Assembly (NCBI GenBank): GCA_047495785.1
Contig: JBLDXI010000021.1
Location: forward strand, 2,480,001-2,544,000
Origin: Lepidodermella squamata
Lineage: Eukaryota > Animalia > Gastrotricha
DNA: 64,000 nucleotides
Direction: 5' to 3'
Part shown: piece after piece, positions 23,801-35,749 of the stretch
Numbering within the stretch: the stretch's first letter is position 1
Layout: every line of letters begins with the position of its first letter
Notes under the pieces: model-generated
What the model saw: only the letters and a program-made list of their open reading frames with translations
Told to the model about the DNA's origin: nothing
Databases searched by the model: none
Translations under genes and position numbers: made by a program

Positions 23801-24679
23801 CGCGCATTGATTCTTACGCCGATTTAAAAGATCTTCGATAGAATTTTCTCCATAAGCTGGTATATCAGAACCACGCAGGTGGCTATAGTCGACAGAGCAA
23901 GGCCCAGCTAATAGCGCAGGTATCAGAGGTCCGCAAACTGGGTCGGCAAAAAGAGCATACGGCTGATATATTGCAGCAGAATTGCTTGAGAGACATCCTA
24001 AAATTTGTAGCAGGTGTTTGTCAACTAGAGCAATCTAAACAAAAATTAGCAATAAATATTTACGGCTACAAAAACACAAGTTCACCTTGATCCAAAGAAC
24101 TCGTTCACTGTATTGGTCTCCGCTAGCCAGTGAAAACGTAGCTTTCAAACTTTCACGTTTCTCTTCGCCCTCTGATCGAGCAGAACGGGATCCGAACGTG
24201 AACATTTTGACAACAGGTGACTTTGAAACAGGAGATTTGCTTTTAATGCTCCGAAGTCGGCTCGAAATATAAGCAGCCGAAGCGCATCCCAATTGGTCCA
24301 AACGAGCAAGTAAATCAACATAATACGTATCGGCGTTGGTAAAACTGTCAAACGCCCGCCGCTTCAATCCGTGCTTAATGCAAGCCTCGACAGCAACTAC
24401 CCACAAATAGAAAGCAAAAGAAATGATATAAAACTATATTCGACGAACTTACGGCACAGTTGATAAACGACGCCACTGTCTTCATTGACTAATTTCCGGT
24501 AAGCCAAAAGCTCCATTAGACTTTTGACCTGTTGAATATATTATAGGTAAAATATATTTAACAAGTAGGAAGTAAGATCAAGTCAAACGAACATTTTTCT
24601 TCAGATCAGCCAACAGATTCTTTTTGTAATCGTCGTGATTCTCAGCTCGAAGGGATGACTTGCGAACTTTTGCGAACAT
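20859..24679 (-). CDS. SGSM1: Small G protein signalling modulator 1/2-like (RUN + PH-like + TBC Rab-GAP)
   Basis: RUN (AVEACIKHGLKRR, WIKIALVDKHL), RQLLARAFYGWLAYVRH, TBC fingers IDKDVARCDR and GYIQGMCDL, AYRWLLLDFKREF, MDFTDIIKFFN. SGSM1 vs SGSM2 cannot be resolved here. Confidence 0.92.
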
Positions 24680-25116
24680 TGTTGAAAATAAAAAATCTAT
24701 TTGGGAAATAAGCTCCAGGTATAAACATGGATGTTGTTGAAGCGTCCTTAATTAAGTAGCTCAAACAATCCCGTGGCGAGCGATGGAAAGTTGGATGCAT
24801 TTAGGTAAACGTATAAACTCGGAGCAAAGAAGCTCCCAATTGTTCTAATGATTACAGCTGTCTGAGAAGAAAAATTGCACCGCTACATCACTAATTCCAA
24901 AATATTTGACGTGTCAGCGCTCAGTGGTTGACTGTTGAAAAGTAATTTTTCAACCTCGAGTGTAGAACCCGGAAATATCAATTTTAGCTGCTATACCACA
25001 AGTGACATCGAATCAGCAAAGGACGAGGACACTTAAGCACCAGGATCGAAGGCGACACAGGTGATATGGAAAATACGAAGCAATAATGTGTCTTAAACGG
25101 CAGCTAATAATGAGCT

Positions 25117-25429
25117 CTATCTATCTATATACCTATCTATATGCCATAGATCGCTACACCTGCAGTTAACTATCATGATGAAGTGCAAGGCCGCACTCAG
25201 TACTCCGTGTGAGGAAAGAATGATGATCTTCCATGGCCGCCCAAGCCAATGACCGTTGGGGATGCGACTGGCCACGTATATCAATCATCGCTCTCCAAAC
25301 CAACTCATTGGCTTTTACAAGAATACCTGCACAATGAGAAAGGTAGGCAAAAAGGGGGCACAACTACCTCTGCGGGTTCTAAGGGTAAACAACAATCAAT
25401 GATGACCGCTGGCAAGGTCGCTGCCAGAT
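25117..25429 (-). repeat. Possible retroelement 3' end with (ATAG)n-like tail
   Basis: Non-coding segment ending on the minus strand in ATAGATAGGTATATAGATAGATAG; adjoins a LINE fragment. Confidence 0.3.
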
Positions 25430-25447
25430 CAGTAATATCGGCTTGAT

Positions 25448-25860
25448 TTCATCTTCAATGTGAAAGATACAGTATGTATATTTTGTAAGGAAACTGTTAC
25501 TTTTCGCCTTATGGCAAACCACCTGTCTTATTTCTGCACAGGTATCACTAGTCATGATCCTGTCAGAATTTTTAGTAATAATCAGAGCACTATCAAAAAT
25601 ACCCTTATTTTCTTCAAACGCGTAGCCTTACATATATCTAGAGCCACTACTATTGTCTAAGGATTGGCAAATTGCCTTCGACACTAGGGCTTCTCTCTGC
25701 CCAATGATTGAATTTGCTTCCTTGGTGGACCCGAGGTCCCCAAGGTATGAGGGCAGGCAGTAATATCGGCTTGATCAGGCGCCTAACGTCTAAATGCCGA
25801 ATAGCCGTTATCTCCTTAAACGGCAATGATATTAGTGTTTGTTAGTGAGTGTGTGTGTGT
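25448..25860 (+). mobile_element. 5'-truncated non-LTR retrotransposon (LINE) fragment
   Basis: ORF 25460..25660 carries a CCHC knuckle CIFCKETVTFRLMANHLSYFC followed by ..IKNTLIFFKRVALHI, resembling LINE ORF2 C-termini. It is followed by a UTR-like segment and a (GT)n tail ending ~25860. Confidence 0.55.
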
Positions 25861-26918
25861 TTCATAACATGGAAGAACAGATCAGAAGGCGTCGGCCACG
25901 GAAGGGTTGGCCGTTGATTGTGAATTCTGAAACATGGGCCCGATGTCACTTGCACTGGCGTCAATCAGAGATAGGCGCTACCTTCGTAGTTTGACTGTCT
26001 GCGACGCGGATTTTTTGCTAGCATCAGCTTCGTTATTTAATTCCACCCACCAGGTACTAGCGGTCGCGCAGTGGATGCAGACAAGGATGACCCGCGGTCG
26101 TGGAATTTTTAGCGCCTGAAAAGCCGATGTGACCCTCAGGAAAATATATTGCAAAATTGATGAAATCAGATTCCCGATCACTATACTATAATTTATTGAA
26201 TGGTTTACAGCAGTAAAAATGCCTTGAAATGTGCATATTATCGGGCAAATATGGGCACCCGAACCCGGGATTTGCAAATCAGTTTCAGATAGCGCCCTAC
26301 TGTGCCCTCCGTGGCGTCGGTAGCGGCTAGCGGCCCGTTGTCCGTTTGCGCCCGACAATTTTTGTTATTACTACCAGGATATGGGATATGCAGTGAGCAA
26401 TGAGTTGATAATCGCTGATCACATTTTGTTTTTCTTGACAAAATTCAAAATTATCTCTTATCTTACCGAGATCACCTGTTATCCTTATGTTATACTCTTG
26501 TACGCCCCTTTCAATCTGCGCACGGTCACTTGCAGGTTTCAAGTTATTCGCGGATTCCTACACTTACTTGCGCCTTCGATAACTGCGCAGGATGTCAGGG
26601 TCCAGACCAAAAAATGTGTGAGGTAAACTTGAGCTTGTTTGCTTGGTAGATTGACAGAGAGATGGTCTAGAAACTACGCAACTGCTCTGAGTCCGAAATA
26701 AATAGAGTACCAAGAGCATCAGCTCCAGATTTATCTCTACTTCCGCCTTATAGGTTATGGCGAGTCCATATTGCACGAATTTTGATCTAAAGTTATTACC
26801 TGAAACTTTAGATTTGCCGCATTAAGAAGTGGAAAACCTTTCTATATGCAAAGACCAACGTGTCGATTATCAGCATACCAGAGAAATATTGTTTATTAAT
26901 TTTAGGTATATTGGTAAC

Positions 26919-28898
26919 ATGGCGAATCTATTTGGGAGCGATTCGCTCTTTCTCGACTTTGACAAACATCCAGGGGAATCATCAGCAGGTAAGTGCCGCA
27001 GTGTAATCTAAAAATTGTGCTAAACTTCACATTTGTAGCTGTGAGCACTGTCGATCTGACTCAAGACTCCGATGCAGAATCAAACGAACCAGCTAAGAAA
27101 GCTGCGAGCGAGAAACTTCGAGAAATAGCTCGGCTAGATGTGAGGATGATCATTGTTCAAAGTCGCCGAAACCTAGGGATTTATTAATTTCAGTGTGGCA
27201 AAATTATGGAGGACCGCACGGCCATGGTTATGCCCTCTGATTGGCCATTAGTATCAAGTCTTTCTGCTTTGGGCGATCGTCCTAACTACTCTTCCACGTT
27301 TCGCGATCCCCTAGCGCCGCGAGAACCTGAGGAAGACAAGCCACAGCCTCGCGCTCGGCCGAAAATGACATGTTTCAACTGTGGAGGTTCACATATGCTA
27401 AGTGCGTGCAAAGAAAAGAAAGATTATGCCAAGATCAATCAAAAACGACGTGAATTTAATGAAGCAAATCCTCAAGCAGCGAACCGGTAATTTGCTTATT
27501 ATTTTTGTATGAAAAGCATTGTTCATTGAATTTTAATGACAGCCCTAATCCGCAGCAGCAGCAACAGAATCAACAAAATTCAACATATCCTAGTAATGAC
27601 ATCGCCGGTCAAATTCCGCCGTTAGTGTCTTTCGACCATTTTAAACCGGGAGTAGTTAGGTAATATCATTTTGAAGATTATATTTGTATGTGCTATAAAA
27701 TAAATGCTATTTGATATCAGCCACGTGTTGCGACAAGCTTTGAATCTTTATCCGAATCAAATTCCACCTTACGTGTATGTTCTTCGAGAGCTTGGGTATC
27801 CTCCCGGTTGGCTTGAAGAGGCCCGTGTTCCACTTGGTCCTGATGAAGTCTCAGGTATGCTATCACTGCCTTTATTTACTCGATCATGTTTCAAATTCAA
27901 CAGATGTGCCGCTTTTCGACCCGAAACGAATCGTTGAATATCCCGGTTATAACGTGCCTATGCCAAAAGGTTCCGTAGATGAAACACGGCAATTCAGAGT
28001 GAAGAAGTTTGATTCTCGTCATTCGGCTGATGCAATGCGACATTGGATGGGCTGTCTAAAAAATCATCACGAACAAAGACGGGCGCTGTTAATGCGGAAT
28101 TCAACCAATCAACGACAGGCTCAAGCCGGCGAAGAAGCAATGGACCTGGATGAAGCGAGTAACGATGAGACTGGCGAAGTTTCTGCGACTTCGGACGGCA
28201 ATCAAGCGCATAACCTGTCTAACGAAAATTCAAATTCTTCCGCCGACGTTGATATCGAGCAATTAACTGAGGAGCGTGAGCGTTTGCTAAAATTACTCGA
28301 ATCAACGCTGAGTGGCAATGCTGTGATAGAAACCGAAGAAGGCGGTGACGACGAAGTCGCTGGTGAAGGGGAAGGCTGCTCAAAGCCTGAAGATGGAGAC
28401 ACCCCGTCAACTCCTGTAATCAGCAACCCGGCTGTCCCTCAATCGTTCAGTTTGTCACTAGGCGTTTCAACAGGCACGCCGCTGCCGGCCGATGTGCTAA
28501 AAACTCCAGCCTCGGTCCCTGCTCGAGAGAAATTTGCAGCTGGTATCGGATGCCACTTGCCGTTTCAGAATCTTCCCGAGTCTGTCGGCACGTTTGAGCG
28601 CCTACAAAGCGTCCTCGCAAATATTAAAAAGCGGCAATCAGTCGGACGGACACCTGTTCCCGGCGTCTCGGCCTCGCTACCGGTCACTCCACAGGAAGGC
28701 TCACCCTCGAAAACCGGCAACTCCGGTAAGCGTAGCTATGTTGACCTTGACGCGCCTGACGACGAGCCTCGGCACGACCGGGGCAGAGATCGAAGCAGCG
28801 ATCGAGACCGCCGCGATAATCGTCAAGGCCGTTCTTCCGATAATCGCGGTTATTACTCAGAGCCTCGCTCGTCTTCTCAACGCTATCGGCCGTATTAA
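26919..28898 (+). CDS. ZCCHC8: Zinc finger CCHC domain-containing protein 8 (NEXT complex scaffold)
   Basis: CFNCGGSHMLSAC knuckle; PSP domain FKPGVVS..LRQAL..PPYVYVLRELGYPPGWL; IVEYPGYN; C-terminal KFAAGIGCHLPFQNLPESVGTFERL. Confidence 0.92.
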
Positions 28899-29333
28899 TT
28901 GAGTGCAAAGCTATAACTAAATACATGGAATTCCGTTTGTTTCGCCACGTTTGTAGTCACGTGGTTGTTTTTGTTAAGCATAATTTTTGAATAAAGCTTC
29001 TTATGGTGGAAACTTGGTCCATCTGTTTATACAACCGTTGCTGGAAGCATGTAATCAGTGCAGGACATTTAGTCACCTTCGAAAGGTACCATGTAGTGAA
29101 GAGATTTCGGTCAGTGGGTCACCTTAAAATGCCTGGGTGAATTCGGTCCATTAATATTTGAAGTTGGCAATGCGAAGACCTTATGAGCCGACAAAAGACT
29201 ATACGAAGGGCTGCTTATTTGGAAATAGCAAGATGTCCGTAAGATTTTGAAGTCTCCGTTTAGCATTGACCGAAAATGAATTTGCAGCATGACATTTGTT
29301 CAAGTTACCACGTAATTTCACACTCAGCAATGC

Positions 29334-32300
29334 GTCTTATATATGAGCATTGTCACATTATATTGGGCCATCTGGCGCATGTCTACCACCAGGGTCTTTC
29401 GCTCTCCACGCGATTTTCAAGTTTCAGGTTTGAGTGATTCCAGCCAGGAGTCTAGGTGACTACAAAATTAGCCACAAATCAAGTTAAAATCTTTCGGACT
29501 TGCGGAAACCGGCATTCGATAGCCCAAGAGCTACCTAATTCTGCATTTGCCGAATATTTTCCAAAGTTTCACCTGGAAAAATTATAAAAAAAAATGGTTG
29601 AATTTAGGGAGGGATGCTCTTCAAAAACTTGTTTGTTTCAGCTTTGACAGTGCACAGGACTCATCAAGGCATCATGTTACCTAAGAAATTGGAAATTGTG
29701 AGATAATAATCTCAGGTGTCACAAGTGACGAAGATTAACATTTTCTGAACCAATCTTCTTCAAGGCTTTCCAATCTCCTGCAAATAGAGATGAAATTTGT
29801 GTGCAAACAAACTGGTATTTCAGGGGTTAAACCACTGCCAAATTACTTCATTAACTCCTATTCCGAGTTACAGATTCCGTAACCCCTATTATTCTCGTAC
29901 ATGTGAATGCTAGCGAACACTTGGAGTACGTTCGAGAATCACGTTCGTAATGCTTAGCATCAGGTGGATTGCTCTGCCAGCAAGGGTGCTTATGGCACTA
30001 ATTGAAATGATCGCGATGTCAGTATTCATTTCCAGGACGAGATAATAAAAACCCCAAGCGTACCGTAATCATTTATTTTTGTATTGAACATCCAAGGTTA
30101 CAAGTTGTATTACGTTTAGCCGCAAATAAACAGACGCCGCGTTTTAAAGGTTGATAGAATGGTTGTAGATGGAAATCCATGTCTCAGGCGTGGCAGTCGC
30201 TGGGATACAAATGACAGTTAACGGGGATAGCAGAGTGCACATATTCGATAGTACATTTTAATAATAATAATAATTTAGCAGAATAAACCTCCTCGCAATG
30301 AATAACTTTTCCAGTCGTAACTACAAATAATTTTCAGGCTATATTTTCTTTGAATTTATAGATACAAATTTCGTAAGCACAACGTTTAGGACTAACACAT
30401 TTCGTCGGTTAACGATATCATATCATCGATATTCACAGTACTGTAATACTATGGCGCGCGTTGGAATTATAACGTGACAGCCGATAATAAATAATAATTT
30501 ATATATATAGTATTTTATCGTGCACTAAGCGGACGCGTATCACAAGGATGGTTGTAGTTTCGCCGTGACGTCGACCATGCACAAAAAAGAAAGAGAAACT
30601 CCATTTTATTGTTTGTACACTAGAGTAGGTGGAATCAGCTACTTTTATCCTGTCAGAGACACGGGATTGCTGCCGTTTATATAGCTATTGCGACAACGAA
30701 AAAAGACCGACAATTGGAATTTGACACAACCACAATGTCTTATATATGAGCATTGTCACATTATATTGGGCCATCTGGCGCATGTCTACCACCAGGGTCT
30801 TTCGCTCTCCACGCGATTTTCAAGTTTCAGGTTTGAGTGATTCCAGCCAGGAGTCTAGGTGACTACAAAATTAGCCACAAATCAAGTTAAAATCTTTCGG
30901 ACTTGCGGAAACCGGCATTCGATAGCCCAAGAGCTACCTAATTCTGCATTTGCCGAATATTTTCCAAAGTTTCACCTGGAAAAATTATAAAAAAAAATGG
31001 TTGAATTTAGGGAGGGATGCTCTTCAAAAACTTGTTTGTTTCAGCTTTGACAGTGCACAGGACTCATCAAGGCATCATGTTACCTAAGAAATTGGAAATT
31101 GTGAGATAATAATCTCAGGTGTCACAAGTGACGAAGATTAACATTTTCTGAACCAATCTTCTTCAAGGCTTTCCAATCTCCTGCAAATAGAGATGAAATT
31201 TGTGTGCAAACAAACTGGTATTTCAGGGGTTAAACCACTGCCAAATTACTTCATTAACTCCTATTCCGAGTTACAGATTCCGTAACCCCTATTATTCTCG
31301 TACATGTGAATGCTAGCGAACACTTGGAGTACGTTCGAGAATCACGTTCGTAATGCTTAGCATCAGGTGGATTGCTCTGCCAGCAAGGGTGCTTATGGCA
31401 CTAATTGAAATGATCGCGATGTCAGTATTCATTTCCAGGACGAGATAATAAAAACCCCAAGCGTACCGTAATCATTTATTTTTGTATTGAACATCCAAGG
31501 TTACAAGTTGTATTACGTTTAGCCGCAAATAAACAGACGCCGCGTTTTAAAGGTTGATAGAATGGTTGTAGATGGAAATCCATGTCTCAGGCGTGGCAGT
31601 CGCTGGGATACAAATGACAGTTAACGGGGATAGCAGAGTGCACATATTCGATAGTACATTTTAATAATAATAATAATTTAGCAGAATAAACCTCCTCGCA
31701 ATGAATAACTTTTCCAGTCGTAACTACAAATAATTTTCAGGCTATATTTTCTTTGAATTTATAGATACAAATTTCGTAAGCACAACGTTTAGGACTAACA
31801 CATTTCGTCGGTTAACGATATCATATCATCGATATTCACAGTACTGTAATACTATGGCGCGCGTTGGAATTATAACGTGACAGCCGATAATAAATAATAA
31901 TTTATATATATAGTATTTTATCGTGCACTAAGCGGACGCGTATCACAAGGATGGTTGTAGTTTCGCCGTGACGTCGACCATGCACAAAAAAGAAAGAGAA
32001 ACTCCATTTTATTGTTTGTACACTAGAGTAGGTGGAATCAGCTACTTTTATCCTGTCAGAGACACGGGATTGCTGCCGTTTATATAGCTATTGCGACAAC
32101 GAAAAAAGACCGACAATTGGAATTTGACACAACCACAATGTCTTATATATGAGCATTGTCACATTATATTGGGCCATCTGGCGCATGTCTACCACCAGGG
32201 TCTTTCGCTCTCCACGCGATTTTCAAGTTTCAGGTTTGAGTGATTCCAGCCAGGAGTCTAGGTGACTACAAAATTAGCCACAAATCAAGTTAAAATCTTT

Positions 32301-34945
32301 CGGACTTGCGGAAACCGGCATTCGATAGCCCAAGAGCTACCTAATTCTGCATTTGCCGAATATTTTCCAAAGTTTCACCTGGAAAAATTATAAAAAAAAA
32401 TGGTTGAATTTAGGGAGGGATGCTCTTCAAAAACTTGTTTGTTTCAGCTTTGACAGTGCACAGGACTCATCAAGGCATCATGTTACCTAAGAAATTGGAA
32501 ATTGTGAGATAATAATCTCAGGTGTCACAAGTGACGAAGATTAACATTTTCTGAACCAATCTTCTTCAAGGCTTTCCAATCTCCTGCAAATAGAGATGAA
32601 ATTTGTGTGCAAACAAACTGGTATTTCAGGGGTTAAACCACTGCCAAATTACTTCATTAACTCCTATTCCGAGTTACAGATTCCGTAACCCCTATTATTC
32701 TCGTACATGTGAATGCTAGCGAACACTTGGAGTACGTTCGAGAATCACGTTCGTAATGCTTAGCATCAGGTGGATTGCTCTGCCAGCAAGGGTGCTTATG
32801 GCACTAATTGAAATGATCGCGATGTCAGTATTCATTTCCAGGACGAGATAATAAAAACCCCAAGCGTACCGTAATCATTTATTTTTGTATTGAACATCCA
32901 AGGTTACAAGTTGTATTACGTTTAGCCGCAAATAAACAGACGCCGCGTTTTAAAGGTTGATAGAATGGTTGTAGATGGAAATCCATGTCTCAGGCGTGGC
33001 AGTCGCTGGGATACAAATGACAGTTAACGGGGATAGCAGAGTGCACATATTCGATAGTACATTTTAATAATAATAATAATTTAGCAGAATAAACCTCCTC
33101 GCAATGAATAACTTTTCCAGTCGTAACTACAAATAATTTTCAGGCTATATTTTCTTTGAATTTATAGATACAAATTTCGTAAGCACAACGTTTAGGACTA
33201 ACACATTTCGTCGGTTAACGATATCATATCATCGATATTCACAGTACTGTAATACTATGGCGCGCGTTGGAATTATAACGTGACAGCCGATAATAAATAA
33301 TAATTTATATATATAGTATTTTATCGTGCACTAAGCGGACGCGTATCACAAGGATGGTTGTAGTTTCGCCGTGACGTCGACCATGCACAAAAAAGAAAGA
33401 GAAACTCCATTTTATTGTTTGTACACTAGAGTAGGTGGAATCAGCTACTTTTATCCTGTCAGAGACACGGGATTGCTGCCGTTTATATAGCTATTGCGAC
33501 AACGAAAAAAGACCGACAATTGGAATTTGACACAACCACAATGTCTTATATATGAGCATTGTCACATTATATTGGGCCATCTGGCGCATGTCTACCACCA
33601 GGGTCTTTCGCTCTCCACGCGATTTTCAAGTTTCAGGTTTGAGTGATTCCAGCCAGGAGTCTAGGTGACTACAAAATTAGCCACAAATCAAGTTAAAATC
33701 TTTCGGACTTGCGGAAACCGGCATTCGATAGCCCAAGAGCTACCTAATTCTGCATTTGCCGAATATTTTCCAAAGTTTCACCTGGAAAAATTATAAAAAA
33801 AAATGGTTGAATTTAGGGAGGGATGCTCTTCAAAAACTTGTTTGTTTCAGCTTTGACAGTGCACAGGACTCATCAAGGCATCATGTTACCTAAGAAATTG
33901 GAAATTGTGAGATAATAATCTCAGGTGTCACAAGTGACGAAGATTAACATTTTCTGAACCAATCTTCTTCAAGGCTTTCCAATCTCCTGCAAATAGAGAT
34001 GAAATTTGTGTGCAAACAAACTGGTATTTCAGGGGTTAAACCACTGCCAAATTACTTCATTAACTCCTATTCCGAGTTACAGATTCCGTAACCCCTATTA
34101 TTCTCGTACATGTGAATGCTAGCGAACACTTGGAGTACGTTCGAGAATCACGTTCGTAATGCTTAGCATCAGGTGGATTGCTCTGCCAGCAAGGGTGCTT
34201 ATGGCACTAATTGAAATGATCGCGATGTCAGTATTCATTTCCAGGACGAGATAATAAAAACCCCAAGCGTACCGTAATCATTTATTTTTGTATTGAACAT
34301 CCAAGGTTACAAGTTGTATTACGTTTAGCCGCAAATAAACAGACGCCGCGTTTTAAAGGTTGATAGAATGGTTGTAGATGGAAATCCATGTCTCAGGCGT
34401 GGCAGTCGCTGGGATACAAATGACAGTTAACGGGGATAGCAGAGTGCACATATTCGATAGTACATTTTAATAATAATAATAATTTAGCAGAATAAACCTC
34501 CTCGCAATGAATAACTTTTCCAGTCGTAACTACAAATAATTTTCAGGCTATATTTTCTTTGAATTTATAGATACAAATTTCGTAAGCACAACGTTTAGGA
34601 CTAACACATTTCGTCGGTTAACGATATCATATCATCGATATTCACAGTACTGTAATACTATGGCGCGCGTTGGAATTATAACGTGACAGCCGATAATAAA
34701 TAATAATTTATATATATAGTATTTTATCGTGCACTAAGCGGACGCGTATCACAAGGATGGTTGTAGTTTCGCCGTGACGTCGACCATGCACAAAAAAGAA
34801 AGAGAAACTCCATTTTATTGTTTGTACACTAGAGTAGGTGGAATCAGCTACTTTTATCCTGTCAGAGACACGGGATTGCTGCCGTTTATATTGCTATTGC
34901 GACAACGAAAAAAGACCGACAATTGGAATTTGACACAACCACAAT
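29334..34945. repeat. Tandem array of four near-identical 1403-bp units
   Basis: Units start at 29334, 30737, 32140 and 33543 (GTCTTATATATGAGC...) and end ...CACAACCACAAT. The only difference noticed is A>T at 34892 in copy 4. Confidence 0.98.
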
Positions 34946-35749
34946 AGTTAGTAGTAAAACGCCCAAGAAAACATAACACGCCAATTAAAAACATTACATA
35001 ATATCGTAAGCTATGCAAAAGCAGCATCGGATGCATGTAGAAGCACACGGCTGGTGATTTCAAGCGGGATCATTTGTTAGCTATTATGATGATTGAAAGT
35101 TTGTTCAATAGAGTTCTTTCAACTGTAACAGAATTGAAAAATGCGGCTAAACACATGATTTTTTAATGACACGCAAGCGCTTTGTCATTGTGAATACAGA
35201 ATAATATGATATCGCACGAGTCGGCATCTCACAAACTGCACTGATGAGCACACTTGGGCGTTAAACGAGAAGAACTTGAAGAAAACGTTCGAAGACAAGA
35301 TACATGCACACCAGGCTTGTTTGTTTTTCCCCAGACGACAGCGACAAATTAAAAATCAAATTAAATAGTGCACAACCCCATGGCGAGACGATTTCGAGTC
35401 ATAGCTCGCTATTTTAGGCCCAATAAACTACAATAAAATACACGGAGCATGCATGCAGTTTACTCACACGACGATGCTGTAGTTCGACCTGATCAATCAA
35501 GAGTTGTTTATAGCAATGGCGAATCATCCTCCACTTGTCAATAAGATACTTTGTTATTTCTTCAGCTTGCGACGGCGACATACAAATGATAATTCGTAGT
35601 ATGAATACGTGTTATAAACTCTTCAATCTTTAGCTCGGTATATAGAAACTGCGTCGAGTTGTTTAGAATAGTTTCGGAAATTACAATTAAGTTGCAATAA
35701 TATTAAATAATCATATAATAATAGATTTAGTCAGTTCGTTCTTGCTAGC

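Noticed and set aside
25978-26776. Possible spliced minus-strand gene divergent from ZCCHC8
   Set aside because: Could not build a consistent reading frame; at most a lncRNA.
29811-29850. Minus-strand GGTTTAACCC resembling a nematode spliced leader
   Set aside because: No AG|GT donor ~22 nt downstream and no correctly placed Sm site.
29334-34945. CRISPR array or snRNA/5S/histone tandem cluster
   Set aside because: Units are identical with no spacers; no recognisable RNA gene or ORF in the unit.
35241-35280. CTGATGAG hammerhead-like core
   Set aside because: No stem II followed by GAAA and no flanking stems.
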